NCBI GenBank assembly: GCA_965215015.1
Contig: OZ244042.1
Location: 5,024,001 to 5,088,000 of the forward strand
DNA: 64,000 bases
Source of the DNA: Candidatus Poribacteria bacterium
GTDB lineage: Bacteria; Poribacteria; WGA-4E; PCPOR2b
Reading direction: 5' to 3'
Both the position numbers and the translations under genes were made by a program. The notes under the pieces were generated by a model. The model was not told the origin of the DNA. It did not search any database and saw only the letters and a list, made by a program, of their open reading frames with translations. Below, piece by piece: positions 30,254 through 40,904 of the stretch. Positions within the stretch are counted from its first letter, which is position 1, and the number at the start of each line of letters is the position of its first letter.

Positions 30254-31129
30254 ATGACTAACGATAACTTCCAACCTGTCAATTTACCATATCGATATGA
30301 ATTTGCAGCGGACGAACTCTCGGCAATTAAGGCGTGTCATGACGCACACGGTTTTGCCGTTGTGAAAAATGTGTCGTCGCTAGACTATGTGGAGGAATTG
30401 AAGGAATCTGTCAGGCAGGTCCTCGATCCGGAGGGCAACTTGGAACGTGGGGAGACGCGTGTTAAGCACGCTTTCATCGAATACTCAAACTCCCTTTGGA
30501 AATTGCTTGATAACGAATCCTACCTGAATATCAACCGATGTATTTTGGAGACCGACGCGCTCACCGTCCATCGGTCTGCTGTAATCCTGAAGAACGTTGC
30601 ATCCGGGCCGGTGACATGGCATACCGACTGGTGTGGCTTTTCCGCACCGCCGCCAAAACACTCCGGCGACGTGTTGAATCGCGGTGATTGGCCTAACGGT
30701 ATGTGGTTCTATCTCAACGGCACACATCCAAGCCGAGCGGGGCTTGCAGTTATCGCAGACTCCCATCAAGCTGACTGGCAACCGCCCGATGGGTTTGAGT
30801 TCACCGCAGATCAGCGTTCATTTCACCGAACGGGCGAAGAACCGAAACCCTATGACCGGATGGATGTACCGGGCGTCGTTCCACTTTTCACAGAACCGGG
30901 AGATCTCATCATTTTTGCGGCACGGACGTATCACGGTGCCTTTCCGCACGGTGGTGATGAACCCCGTCTTTCATGCGGCTTTATTTTTCGCCCAAGCCAA
31001 GAAAAACTCTCAATTCCGTGGGAATTACCTGAATCGGCACACCGATTCATAGAAGGACTTTCTCCACAGTTGCAGCATTTCGTTGCGGATTACCCAAGTA
31101 TTGATATCGACTGGAAGCTAGCGGATTGA
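30254..31129 (+). CDS. Phytanoyl-CoA dioxygenase family (Fe/2OG) protein
   Basis: HGFAVVKN, WHTD (HxD), PGDLIIF...TYHGA...R. Confidence 0.85.
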   Translation: MTNDNFQPVNLPYRYEFAADELSAIKACHDAHGFAVVKNVSSLDYVEELKESVRQVLDPEGNLERGETRVKHAFIEYSNSLWKLLDNESYLNINRCILETDALTVHRSAVILKNVASGPVTWHTDWCGFSAPPPKHSGDVLNRGDWPNGMWFYLNGTHPSRAGLAVIADSHQADWQPPDGFEFTADQRSFHRTGEEPKPYDRMDVPGVVPLFTEPGDLIIFAARTYHGAFPHGGDEPRLSCGFIFRPSQEKLSIPWELPESAHRFIEGLSPQLQHFVADYPSIDIDWKLAD

Positions 31130-31160
31130 ACTTCCCATCCCACAGGATACATCTACAATT

Positions 31161-32249
31161 ATGGCCATCTTGAATCAATCACTATCTAAAAAAATGGGAC
31201 AAGCCCGTGATCAGCTTGATGCCCATGTTCGTGAAATTGTCCAGTGGCATTTTAGCCCAGAGACCGGCACCCCATTTTGGTTGGAATTTGCAGAGACGCT
31301 CGATTTTGATCCCCGCGAGAAAATCGGAAGCTACAACGACTTAAAACACCTTGGGCATTTTCAGGATGAATGGTTGCGCGGCGGACCAGTGCGGCGGTGG
31401 GTCCCCAAAGGTTACGCAGACCAACCTGTGTATGTATTTGAGACCGGAGGCTCTACCGGTGTTCCAAAGAGTCGTATTAGTATCCGTGATTTTCAGATTG
31501 ATTACGAGATGTTTAGCGAAACCTTACCTGATGTGAGCTTCCCACATGGCAGCGACTGGCTGATGCTCGGACCCACGGGCCCCCGACGACTCCGCCTCGC
31601 CGTTGAGTACCTCGCCCAACACCGTGGCGGCATCTGCTTCCTCGTTGACCTCGATCCGCGGTGGGTGAACAAATTGATTCAGTACGGAAAACATCAGGAG
31701 TTGGATCTTTATAAAAATCACGTTATTGATCAAGCCTTGAATATCCTACGCGCCCACGATAATATCCAGTGTCTGTTCACAACACCGAAGTTGCTTGAAG
31801 CGTTGTGCGAAAAAATTTCCCTACAAAAAGTTGGGATAAAAGGTATTTTTTGTGGCGGAACGGAGATGGACGCCCAATTTCACCGCTTTGCCCGCGAGGA
31901 GTTGGTGCCGGGCGTTGAATTTATGCCGACGTATGGAAACACCCTTATGGGCTTGGCGTGTTGCAAGCCGTTTGATCTCGCTGATAACTACGCGATTATC
32001 TACTACCCACCACAACCCCGCGCTGTCATTGAATTGATCAACCCCGACAACTCAGAAGAATCTGTTGACTACGGCGAAACGGGGCGAGTGATGTTGACCA
32101 CACTGACGCACGAGTTTTTCATGCCGCGTTTTCTTGAAAGAGATGAAGCGGAGCGGGCTCAACCCATTGAACAGTATCCGTGGGACGGCGTTCAAAATCT
32201 ACGGCTGCTCTCGGATCTTCAGGAGTCTGTTGTGGTGGGAGTGTATTAA
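31161..32249 (+). CDS. GriC/EhpF-like AMP-forming aryl-carboxylate activating enzyme (truncated ANL fold)
   Basis: WHFSPETGTPFW...LDFDPR, ETGGSTG.PK P-loop, DLDPRWV, GGT, YGNT, ERD, VV.GVY C-terminus. Confidence 0.8.
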   Translation: MAILNQSLSKKMGQARDQLDAHVREIVQWHFSPETGTPFWLEFAETLDFDPREKIGSYNDLKHLGHFQDEWLRGGPVRRWVPKGYADQPVYVFETGGSTGVPKSRISIRDFQIDYEMFSETLPDVSFPHGSDWLMLGPTGPRRLRLAVEYLAQHRGGICFLVDLDPRWVNKLIQYGKHQELDLYKNHVIDQALNILRAHDNIQCLFTTPKLLEALCEKISLQKVGIKGIFCGGTEMDAQFHRFAREELVPGVEFMPTYGNTLMGLACCKPFDLADNYAIIYYPPQPRAVIELINPDNSEESVDYGETGRVMLTTLTHEFFMPRFLERDEAERAQPIEQYPWDGVQNLRLLSDLQESVVVGVY

Positions 32250-32402
32250 CTCGGAAGCTGGGTTCACCGGTTCCAATGAATTTCTGAACCACCCCAAAGA
32301 CTTATGAGCCAAGACTCGCCATGCTCCATACCATTGTGTTTCCGAGGCTGGAAGATTATGTGCCAAAAGGGGCAACCGTTGAAAATAGGAAATATTTGAA
32401 GA

Positions 32403-33855
32403 ATGTCAGTTGATGCTATCCAAGAGACTAAGAGAGCCAAAAATACCCAAACCGATATCCTTTTGGGACAGATAGAGGAACTCGATAAATCCCTAACCGA
32501 ATATTTCCCCGATACGTTCGTCGTTGATAATGCTTTGACCAGAAAACTGGTCAGTTTCCAAGCGAATAAGGCCCGGACATATTATAGATGGTACAAATAC
32601 TAAAGAGGCGTTTTCTGCGGATTTGGTGGAATATCTTTTTCGCAAGTATCGGGTAATAAAGGGTAAAATTCTCGATCCTTTTGCGGGTGCGGGGACCGCT
32701 TTATTTGTCTGCTCCTCTCTGGGTTATGGCTCTGAAGGCATTGAACTCCTACCAATCGGGCAAAGAATCATACAAGCAAATGCGTTCGCTAGAAGCGTGA
32801 ATAAACAAAGTATTGTTTCTGGATTAGAAAGCTGGGCACTTCAAAAGCCTTGGAACACTGAAGGTGAAATTAAGGATTTTGAAGTGCTTCGCATAACCAA
32901 TGGTGCGTATCCTCAAAAAACACACCACAAAATCGGAAGGTATCTAAATGAGTTGGAGGGTGAACCCTCAGAAACAAGAGAGATACTACTGTTTGCCCTA
33001 CTATGCGTTCTGGAATCGATAAGCTATACAAGGAAAGATGGGCAGTACCTCCGCTGGGATTACAGATCCGGACGTAGAAATGGTAAGAACCCTTTCGACA
33101 AAGGAAAAATTTTGCCATTCGATGAAGCCATTGTAGAAAAACTCAACGAGATAAAAGATGATATGAACCTTGGGGATGGTGCAGGCAATCTATTCTCATC
33201 TATGCAGAAGGATATACACGCAGGTGATGTAAATTTATTAAAAGGTTCATGCTTAGAGTTGCTACCGAAATTGGGAAGCCGAGCTTATTCTGGAATAATT
33301 ACGTCACCGCCCTACTGCAATCGTTATGATTATACACGCACCTATGCCTTAGAACACGCCCTGCTCGGGGTCAACGAAATTGGATTAATGCACTTGCGGC
33401 AAGCGATGTTAAGTTGCACAGTAGAAAATAAAGCCAAAGCACTAATTGACTTAAATCCCAAATGGCAAACGGCAATAAGTATTTGTGATAGCTTACCTTT
33501 ATTACAAGGGATATTGAACTATCTGGATTATAAAAAAGAGAAAAAAGAACTCAATAACAGTGGGATTGCCCGTATGATGAGGGGTTATTTTTATGAGATG
33601 GCTTGTGTTATCCAAGAATGTTACCGAGTATTGGATAAAGACAGCATGATGTTCATGGTTAATGATAATGTTAGATACGCTGGAGCTGCAATATCTGTAG
33701 ATATAATCCTCTCAAAAATAGCCAAGGACATTGGATTTCAGATAGAAAAAATCCTTGTTCTGCCTCAAGGTAAGGGAAATAGCTCCCAACAAATGGGTAA
33801 GCACGGACGCGAAGCGTTGAGAAAGTGTGTCTATGTCTGGAAAAAGGATAAATAG
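32403..33855 (+). pseudogene. N4-cytosine DNA methyltransferase (M.AvaI/M.BsoBI-like), frameshifted at 32601
   Basis: LVSFQANK..YRWYKY followed by an extra T; deleting it joins to KEAFSADLVEYL; DPFAGAGT motif I, TSPPY motif IV. Confidence 0.8.
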
Positions 33856-33897
33856 ATGCCGTTTAATAACCACTTGGATTCTTACGAAGATTTATAG
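33856..33897 (+). pseudogene. 13-codon stub of the cognate restriction endonuclease (AvaI/BsoBI-like N-terminus)
   Basis: ATG directly abuts the MTase stop; MPFNNHLDSYEDL* ends at a TAGGAGTTAC repeat element. Confidence 0.45.
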
Positions 33898-34080
33898 GAG
33901 TTACACACGTGAGTTTGTAGTAGCACAATTCATTGTGCGTTTTTAAGGGAGTTGGCATACGCTGTATGTCGTACCCCCTAAAGAGCCGATTTCCTCGCTT
34001 GCGGGGAGGGGTTAGGGGGGCCACATTTCACCCACCGTATTTCATACTTCAGATAGACAAAGAAAGCGAGGTTACATTTT

Positions 34081-35832
34081 ATGCAGATGAGACCTATTAC
34101 AGCGAATCCATCTCAGGTTATGGTTGAGCAACTTGCGACGTCGGGTGTGAAATATGTGTTCAATAACTCAGGCTCGCGCGAGGCACGCTTTTTCGATGCG
34201 CTGCACGTGCACCCAGATATACACGGCATTTTGGCACTCCATGAGGGCAGCGTTGCGGCGCAGGCCGGCGGTTATACGCAGGCAAATCTCGATCCAGGGG
34301 TCATGCTAGTCCATCTCGGTGCCGGGCTTGCCCAATGCTTAGGACAGCTCATCAACGTTTGGGCCGGCAGTCTGCCCGTCGTCGTTATCACCTTTGCGGG
34401 AGATACCGGCAGCTATGCCGATCGGATTGGACTCGATCTGAGTCATGATTTCGGACCGACATCGATCGCTGCGCCTTTTACCAAGCAAAACTGGACTGTA
34501 ATCGAACCCGACGGACTGCCGCAAGCAATTCATCGCGCCTTACTGGTCGCCAAAACGCCGCCGGTGGGACCCGTTCATCTTGCCGTTTATGATCGGGTGC
34601 TTGGACCCGAACAAATAACGACAAACATTATTGAAGGAGAACTCCCCGACCTCCATGCGGGTTATCCATCAGATAGCGATGTTGAGAAGATTGAATCTGC
34701 CTTGCACCACGCGAAGTCTCCCCTCTTTTATATTGGCGATGGGGTTTGGAAAAGCGGCGCAGAAGCCCAAGTCGCTGCAATCGCTGAACATTTTGGCGTT
34801 CCCTTTGTCGGGAGTTGGGGGAGAGGCATTTCAACAACGCATAAACTCAATTGCGGACGGATGGATCAGGCGGCAAGTGCCCTTCAACCAGACCTGATCG
34901 TTTGTATCGGTATGCGGCACGGGGGCGGTGGGAAGCCGGGGGATTTCGGCACATTTGCCAAAGCGAAACAGGTTATCGCCATTGGTCCGGATATCGAGCA
35001 TGTTAAAAATATCCCCAATCTAGATTTGGCGATTCTGGCGGACGAGTGTCGGACCTTTGAGCGACTGGCGGAATTGGCGGCGAGCCATTCGACCCCAAAA
35101 CATTTTGCCGAGCGAGGTGCTTGGGCGCAGGAACGAGCTGCAGCACTTCGTACACAACGATTAAAGGACGCACAACGAAGTGAGCCACAACCGAACCAAG
35201 TCCGACCGTGGCTGCTTGCGGATGCCCTCGACAAGGCTCTGGAACGTCGTGGCGGCGGGATGGTAATGGTTGAACAGTATGTGGTCCCCTTGGATACTAT
35301 AGGCGGGTCGGAGGGTGGTGGCAAGAATACATATATTCGGGCCGCCGGTGGTTCTGAGGGCTACGGCATCGGCGGGGCGGTCGGCTTGAAATTGGCAGCA
35401 CCGGACAAGCCGGTCGTCGGGTTGGTCGGGGACGGTTCAATGTTCTACGCGGATTCAGGACTTTGGACAGCAGCGCATCATGGCGTCCCGATTCTTTACA
35501 TCATTTCCAACAACCAATCCTACGGCGTCGTCGCATCCTCCTTTGGACGTGCAAATGGGGTGATGAAGGAGACCGGGGAATATGCCGGCGTTGTCCTGGA
35601 CGGAATTGACCCCGTGAAACTCGCCGAGGGGTTTGGTGTGGACGGTATGCACGTCCAAGATGAATCTCGGCTTGCCGCAGCGATTGATCATGGACTGAAC
35701 GTGGTTGAAGGGGAAAATCGCCCATTTCTTTTAAATGTGCGTCTACCGTTAGGAGTGCCAGAAGGCGGACGGGCAGCGGCGCAATTCCGACTTGCGGACG
35801 CTGTAGCGACGACTCAAGCTCGCGCAGCTTAG
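34081..35832 (+). CDS. Thiamine-diphosphate-dependent enzyme (benzoylformate decarboxylase-like)
   Basis: LHEGS catalytic Glu, GPVHL, GDGS...ISNN ThDP motif. Confidence 0.88.
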   Translation: MQMRPITANPSQVMVEQLATSGVKYVFNNSGSREARFFDALHVHPDIHGILALHEGSVAAQAGGYTQANLDPGVMLVHLGAGLAQCLGQLINVWAGSLPVVVITFAGDTGSYADRIGLDLSHDFGPTSIAAPFTKQNWTVIEPDGLPQAIHRALLVAKTPPVGPVHLAVYDRVLGPEQITTNIIEGELPDLHAGYPSDSDVEKIESALHHAKSPLFYIGDGVWKSGAEAQVAAIAEHFGVPFVGSWGRGISTTHKLNCGRMDQAASALQPDLIVCIGMRHGGGGKPGDFGTFAKAKQVIAIGPDIEHVKNIPNLDLAILADECRTFERLAELAASHSTPKHFAERGAWAQERAAALRTQRLKDAQRSEPQPNQVRPWLLADALDKALERRGGGMVMVEQYVVPLDTIGGSEGGGKNTYIRAAGGSEGYGIGGAVGLKLAAPDKPVVGLVGDGSMFYADSGLWTAAHHGVPILYIISNNQSYGVVASSFGRANGVMKETGEYAGVVLDGIDPVKLAEGFGVDGMHVQDESRLAAAIDHGLNVVEGENRPFLLNVRLPLGVPEGGRAAAQFRLADAVATTQARAA

Positions 35833-36032
35833 TAACCTTTGGTGCGAGTTGGTGAGTTGTCGTTTCCATGTCGTTCAAGAGTTCATTCGTTCATTACACC
35901 ATGACGAGCAAACAAGATGATTTACCTTCCCTATTTCCGGTCTTCACGTTCCACTTTTGGTCTTTGACTGGGGTGCCTGTCAGCAGCTGCAAACTTGCAC
36001 CATTGATTCTATATGCACAGGATATATTTATT

Positions 36033-37460
36033 ATGATACACATTCCGATTTTGCGGGCTGGACTTGCTTATAAAAGTTTGAATCTGGTCCGCGTCTCACA
36101 CATCCAAACAGGTGAACCACTTGCAATTGTAAGTCAGGCAAATCGCGGGTTGATTGCAAAGGATTTGAGTCAAGCCAAAGAACATAAACGCGCCCTCGAA
36201 AGTCTGTCTGTATCAGAACTTTTGGCAATCTGTAAAAAAGCTGCCAACCTTTTTATGAAATCAGAACTGCCTCTGGACGATACGCTGCAATCGCCCGATG
36301 ACTATATTCAGCAGGTCTCTGGAACGACGGGCTTGCCTCAAAGCCTCTGCCGCAAAAATATGCAGAAAATCCGGTTGGTCTTGGACGAAATGGAGGCAGT
36401 ACTGGATGGACTCACACGCGGATTGGATCTATCCATCATCAATTCCGGCTGGGGCACCCAAAACAAACGCCCGTTGAGCTACATGCCTCAAACGGATACA
36501 TTGGGGGCGGTGCTTCCGAGCAACTCCCCAGGCGTACATTCCCTTTGGCTGCCAGCGATTCCGCTCAAAACACCGGTCGTTCTCAAGCCCGGCAGCGAGG
36601 AACCGTGGACGCCTTTCCGTATAGCGCAGGCTTTTATTGAAGCAGACTGTCCGCTCGAAGCATTTGGATTCTACCCTACGGATTATTCGGGTGCCGCTGA
36701 TATCCTGCTGCATTGCGGCAAATCTCTGCTATTTGGCGGCGGTTCGACAGTCGCACCATGGCAGACGAATCCCAACGTGCAAATCCACGGACCGGGGCAG
36801 AGTAAAATTATTATCGCCGATGACAGAATCCCGCGGTGGGAAGAATATCTCGACCTCATGGTCAGTTCGATCGCTGAAAATGGTGGACGGTCTTGCATCA
36901 ACGCCTCCGGTGTCTGGGTTCCATCACATGGACGTGAAATCGCAGAGACGTTGGCGAAACGTTTGGCGCGCATCACCCCAAAACCTTTAGATGATTCGAA
37001 CGCCCAAATCGCCGCTTTCACAAACCCAAAAGTTGCCGAGGGAATTTCCAATCTTATTGACAACCAACTAAAAGTTCCCGGCGCAACGGATGTGACAGCC
37101 AAGTATCAAGACGGACGCCGGGTGGTTGAGAAAGCCGGATGCACCTTCCTCAGTCCGACGGTCATTTGGTGTGAAGATCCGGAACATCCACTAGCAAACA
37201 CAGAGTTTTTATTTCCCTTCGTCAGTGTAGTGGAGACCCCACAAGGGGAGATATTAGACCGTATCGGGCCAAGTCTTGTGGTTACTGCTATCACGGAAGA
37301 TGAGGCATTTATCGTTGATCTCCATCGTTCTCCGGATGTGGAACGTCTAAATATAGGTTCCATTTCGACGAATCAGATTTCGTGGGATCAACCGCATGAA
37401 GGAAATTTGTTTGATTTTCTTTATCAGCAACGAGCGTTACAAGTGAATCGTGGACAGTAA
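36033..37460 (+). CDS. GriD/EhpG/LuxC-like acyl-adenylate/acyl reductase (ALDH superfamily)
   Basis: VLPSNSPGVH, LKPGSEEPWT, HGPGQSK, GGRSCINAS catalytic Cys, EFLFPF, PHEGNL; start reassigned to MIHIPILR. Confidence 0.82.
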   Translation: MIHIPILRAGLAYKSLNLVRVSHIQTGEPLAIVSQANRGLIAKDLSQAKEHKRALESLSVSELLAICKKAANLFMKSELPLDDTLQSPDDYIQQVSGTTGLPQSLCRKNMQKIRLVLDEMEAVLDGLTRGLDLSIINSGWGTQNKRPLSYMPQTDTLGAVLPSNSPGVHSLWLPAIPLKTPVVLKPGSEEPWTPFRIAQAFIEADCPLEAFGFYPTDYSGAADILLHCGKSLLFGGGSTVAPWQTNPNVQIHGPGQSKIIIADDRIPRWEEYLDLMVSSIAENGGRSCINASGVWVPSHGREIAETLAKRLARITPKPLDDSNAQIAAFTNPKVAEGISNLIDNQLKVPGATDVTAKYQDGRRVVEKAGCTFLSPTVIWCEDPEHPLANTEFLFPFVSVVETPQGEILDRIGPSLVVTAITEDEAFIVDLHRSPDVERLNIGSISTNQISWDQPHEGNLFDFLYQQRALQVNRGQ

Positions 37461-37483
37461 AAACGATATAGACCCAGGATAAA

Positions 37484-37636
37484 ATGCACTTAGACATCGG
37501 GCCAAAAGATACAACACTGGAAGCTGCTCGTATGCAGTTTTCAATTTTGCGTAAAATAGATATGGAAGGTCGGGGCCGTATGGTTATTAAGCTAAGCGAT
37601 GGACTGCGTTCTATTATTCCATCAAGCCTATCTTGA
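37484..37636 (+). pseudogene. Truncated small hypothetical (antitoxin-like) gene
   Basis: MHLDIGPKDTTLEAARMQFSILRK..MEGR.RM...LSDGLRSII then a premature stop; resembles small proteins paired with nucleotidyltransferases (recalled, not searched). Confidence 0.35.
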
Positions 37637-37862
37637 CATTGAGGTTAGCAGCTAAGGAGTCAGGTTGCTCTAGTTGTCTATGCCTCTAGAGAGCCGCATT
37701 CCATCTCGACTACACCGAATTTCCTGATTCGTTGGAATCAGATCCAATAGATGGAATTCAAAACACCATGGGACTGCGCTATCTTGGGTCAGACTGCCCT
37801 AATCCTACGCAATTTTCGGCATCCATCGAACCCCAAAATCAATCCATAACAGGAGAGTATTC

Positions 37863-38609
37863 ATGATCTTAGCAGAAATGACCTCACCCGAAGTTGATGC
37901 CCTGCCACGCGATATTGTGGTGCTGATGCCGGTGGCATCTTGTGAACAACATAGCCTGCACCTGCCAGTATTTACGGACAGCCTGATCGGACAAGAGGTG
38001 GCGAGTCGTGTCCATAAACGCTGTCCGGATGATGTTCTCGTCTTACCGATGCAGTGGCTCGGATACTCTCAGCACCACATACGGTATCCCGGCACGGTCA
38101 GTGCTATATCCGAAACCCATCTGATGCTGATGATGGACATCGTCGCTTCTATGGTAGGACACGGTTTCAAGAAGATTCTCATCCAGAACAGTCACGGCGG
38201 CAACGGTGCGAATATTTCGGTCCTCCTCCAGCGTTTGATGGAGCGTTATGGCGATAGCGGCGCGGAATTTTATTCTCGTTGGGCTTGGGCAAGCGGTGGA
38301 GTACTTGATGAAATTCGTGAGTTGGGCGGAGCAGGCTCAGGACATGCAGGGGAAACTGAGACCTGTATGATTATGGCAATCAACCCCAGTCTCGTTCGCA
38401 CAGATCGGTTGGATCCCGACGGGGAGCGCGACGGGATGCGTGTGGCAGGAATGTCCTCTTACTACCGCTTTGATCAGCGGACCCGGCACGGCGGCGTCGG
38501 TGATCCACGGACTGCAACCGCTGAAAAGGGGGAACGGATGCTAGACGCTTCCGCCGATGAAATCGCTACGCAGATTAAGCAGATCCGGGCGTTGCGACCA
38601 TTCGATTAA
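37863..38609 (+). CDS. Creatininase/amidohydrolase family protein
   Basis: CEQHSLHLP..TD, NSHGGN, GHAGETET, GGVGDPRTATAEKG. Confidence 0.92.
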   Translation: MILAEMTSPEVDALPRDIVVLMPVASCEQHSLHLPVFTDSLIGQEVASRVHKRCPDDVLVLPMQWLGYSQHHIRYPGTVSAISETHLMLMMDIVASMVGHGFKKILIQNSHGGNGANISVLLQRLMERYGDSGAEFYSRWAWASGGVLDEIRELGGAGSGHAGETETCMIMAINPSLVRTDRLDPDGERDGMRVAGMSSYYRFDQRTRHGGVGDPRTATAEKGERMLDASADEIATQIKQIRALRPFD

Positions 38610-38635
38610 GCCACAAGTCTTACGTTCTAAGCAAA

Positions 38636-39745
38636 ATGCAATCATTCGATTTTCAATCTAGCACCCGCGTCGTTTTCGGCGAAAATACCTTAGACCAATT
38701 GGGGGACCTAACGAAAGAGCTAAGGGGGAGGCGGGTGCTCGTTGTCACCGACCCCGGCATCGTCAGGGCAGGCATACTGGAAAGAGCACTTGATTCTCTG
38801 AAAATGGCACACCTTCAGGCCTTTGTCTTCGGCGGTGTTGAGGAAAACCCGACAAGCCAACATGTTGCAGAGGGAGTCCGATTTGCCAAAGATCGGGGAG
38901 GGATTGATCTGCTCATCGGACTTGGGGGTGGAAGCGCGATGGACTGCGCCAAAGGGATTAACTTCATCTTGACAAATGGTGGACGGATGGAGGACTATTG
39001 GGGGATGGACAAAGCAACTAAGCCGATGCTCCCCTCTATTGGTATCCCGACAACCGCCGGTACCGGCAGCGAAGCACAATCTTTCGCTTTAATCGCCCAA
39101 GAGGCTACGCATCAGAAAATGGCATGCGGCGACAAAAAAGCCCGATTCCGAACAGTCATTCTCGATCCAGTCTTGACCACAACCACTCCAGAGGGGGTTA
39201 CAGCCGCTACAGGTATTGATGCCATTTCCCATGCGGTGGAAAGCTATGTCTCCACACGGCGTACTCCCATCTCGCAGATGTTCGCCAAAGAAGCATGGTG
39301 GTTGTTGGAAAAGAGCTTTGACGTTGTGGTCGGCACCCCAGAAAATATAGAAGCCCGAAGCCGAATGCTTCTGGGAGCGCATTTGGCGGGTACTGCGATC
39401 GAAAACTCCATGCTCGGTGCCGCACATGCCTGCGCCAACCCCTTGACCGCTAGATATAATATCACACACGGTATCGCAGTCGGACTGATGCTGCCCAGTG
39501 TAGTCCGCTTTAACAACCAAGCGGTGAGTACGCTTTATCAGGAATTATGCCCTTCGCCGCTGCACGAACGCGTTGCCGAATTAAAAGCTGTGGCAGGACT
39601 ACCCGAACGGTTAAGAGATTTTGGAGTTCAGCAGGAAGATTTGCCCCAATTGGCAAAAGAAGCAGCAAAGCAATGGACAGGGAAATTTAACCCACGGCAG
39701 GTCAACGAATTTGAATTACTAGAACTTTATGAATCAACTTATTAA
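38636..39745 (+). CDS. Iron-containing alcohol dehydrogenase
   Basis: GGGSAMD, PTTAGTGSE, DAISHAVE, AH...HG metal ligands. Confidence 0.93.
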   Translation: MQSFDFQSSTRVVFGENTLDQLGDLTKELRGRRVLVVTDPGIVRAGILERALDSLKMAHLQAFVFGGVEENPTSQHVAEGVRFAKDRGGIDLLIGLGGGSAMDCAKGINFILTNGGRMEDYWGMDKATKPMLPSIGIPTTAGTGSEAQSFALIAQEATHQKMACGDKKARFRTVILDPVLTTTTPEGVTAATGIDAISHAVESYVSTRRTPISQMFAKEAWWLLEKSFDVVVGTPENIEARSRMLLGAHLAGTAIENSMLGAAHACANPLTARYNITHGIAVGLMLPSVVRFNNQAVSTLYQELCPSPLHERVAELKAVAGLPERLRDFGVQQEDLPQLAKEAAKQWTGKFNPRQVNEFELLELYESTY

Positions 39746-40904
39746 TACACAATACGCAAAACGGATTACGTTTCACGTTTCATGTTTCACGTTCTACATT
39801 TTTCTCAGCTATATCCTGATCCATCTTATTGGACAAAGCCAAGCGGCCTCTGATGACTGGCTTAGCTTTCGCGGCAACCCTCAACTCACCGGTGTTGCTA
39901 CCATCGAACTACCCGAAAACCTTGAACTGCTCTGGACATTCGAGACGGAAGATGGAATCGAGTCTACTGCTGCGGTTGCAGCAGGAACGGTTTATGTCGG
40001 AACTTTAGATGGCTACCTGTACGCCATCAATCTTGAAGACGCGGAATTAAAGTGGAAGTATCAGGCGTACGGCGAGATTAAATCTTCTCCCACTATAGCC
40101 AGAAATGTGGTACACTTTGGCGATGGCATGGGCGTCTTTCATGCAGTAGATGCCCAAACGGGTGAACTTAGATGGACCTTTGAAGCCGAGGCTGAGATTA
40201 TTTCATCCGCAAACATTGCTCAAGATCGCCTGCTGTTCGGTTCTTATGACCAGTATCTTTACTGTCTCTCTGCCGAAGATGGTTCGTTAGCCTGGAAATT
40301 CGAGACGGAGGGATATGTACATGGGACGCCAGCAATTGTCAACGGTGCGGTTGTTATTTCAGGGTGCGACGGTTATCTGCGCATCATCAATATCGCTGAT
40401 GGTGTGGAACGGCAAAAAATCGCATTGGGGGATTATGTCGGTGCCAGCCCCGCTATTTTGAACAACCGTGCCTATGCGGGGACTTTTGGGAATCAAGTAT
40501 TGTGCGCGGGACTGGAAAACTCAGAAATTCTTTGGTGGTATCAACACCCAGAGCGACATTTCCCATTCTATGCTTCGGCGGCTGTAACGGAGGAGCTGGT
40601 TGTCATTGGTGGACGTGACAAAATGGTTCACGCGCTGCAACCACAGACAGGCCAACCGCTGTGGATATATCCTGCCAAGTCGCGGGTCGACTCCTCGCCG
40701 GTCATTGTTGGCGAGCGCGTTTTCTTTGGGACCGTGGGCGGAGAACTCGTCGCGTTGAATGTCAATTCAGGCGAAAAAGTCTGGGAATTTGTAATTGGGG
40801 CATCCATTATTGCCTCTCCGAGCGTTGTGGCGGAAAAACTCGTCATTGGCGCAGACGATGGCCGCATATACTGCTTTGGCGAAAGGGAAACAAAAGATGA
40901 CTGA
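39729..40904 (+). CDS. Secreted PQQ-like (BamB-like) beta-propeller protein
   Basis: DWLSFRGNPQLTG; about 8 SSP..G / G...W.F blades; overlaps both neighbours. Confidence 0.88.
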   Translation: MNQLINTQYAKRITFHVSCFTFYIFLSYILIHLIGQSQAASDDWLSFRGNPQLTGVATIELPENLELLWTFETEDGIESTAAVAAGTVYVGTLDGYLYAINLEDAELKWKYQAYGEIKSSPTIARNVVHFGDGMGVFHAVDAQTGELRWTFEAEAEIISSANIAQDRLLFGSYDQYLYCLSAEDGSLAWKFETEGYVHGTPAIVNGAVVISGCDGYLRIINIADGVERQKIALGDYVGASPAILNNRAYAGTFGNQVLCAGLENSEILWWYQHPERHFPFYASAAVTEELVVIGGRDKMVHALQPQTGQPLWIYPAKSRVDSSPVIVGERVFFGTVGGELVALNVNSGEKVWEFVIGASIIASPSVVAEKLVIGADDGRIYCFGERETKDD

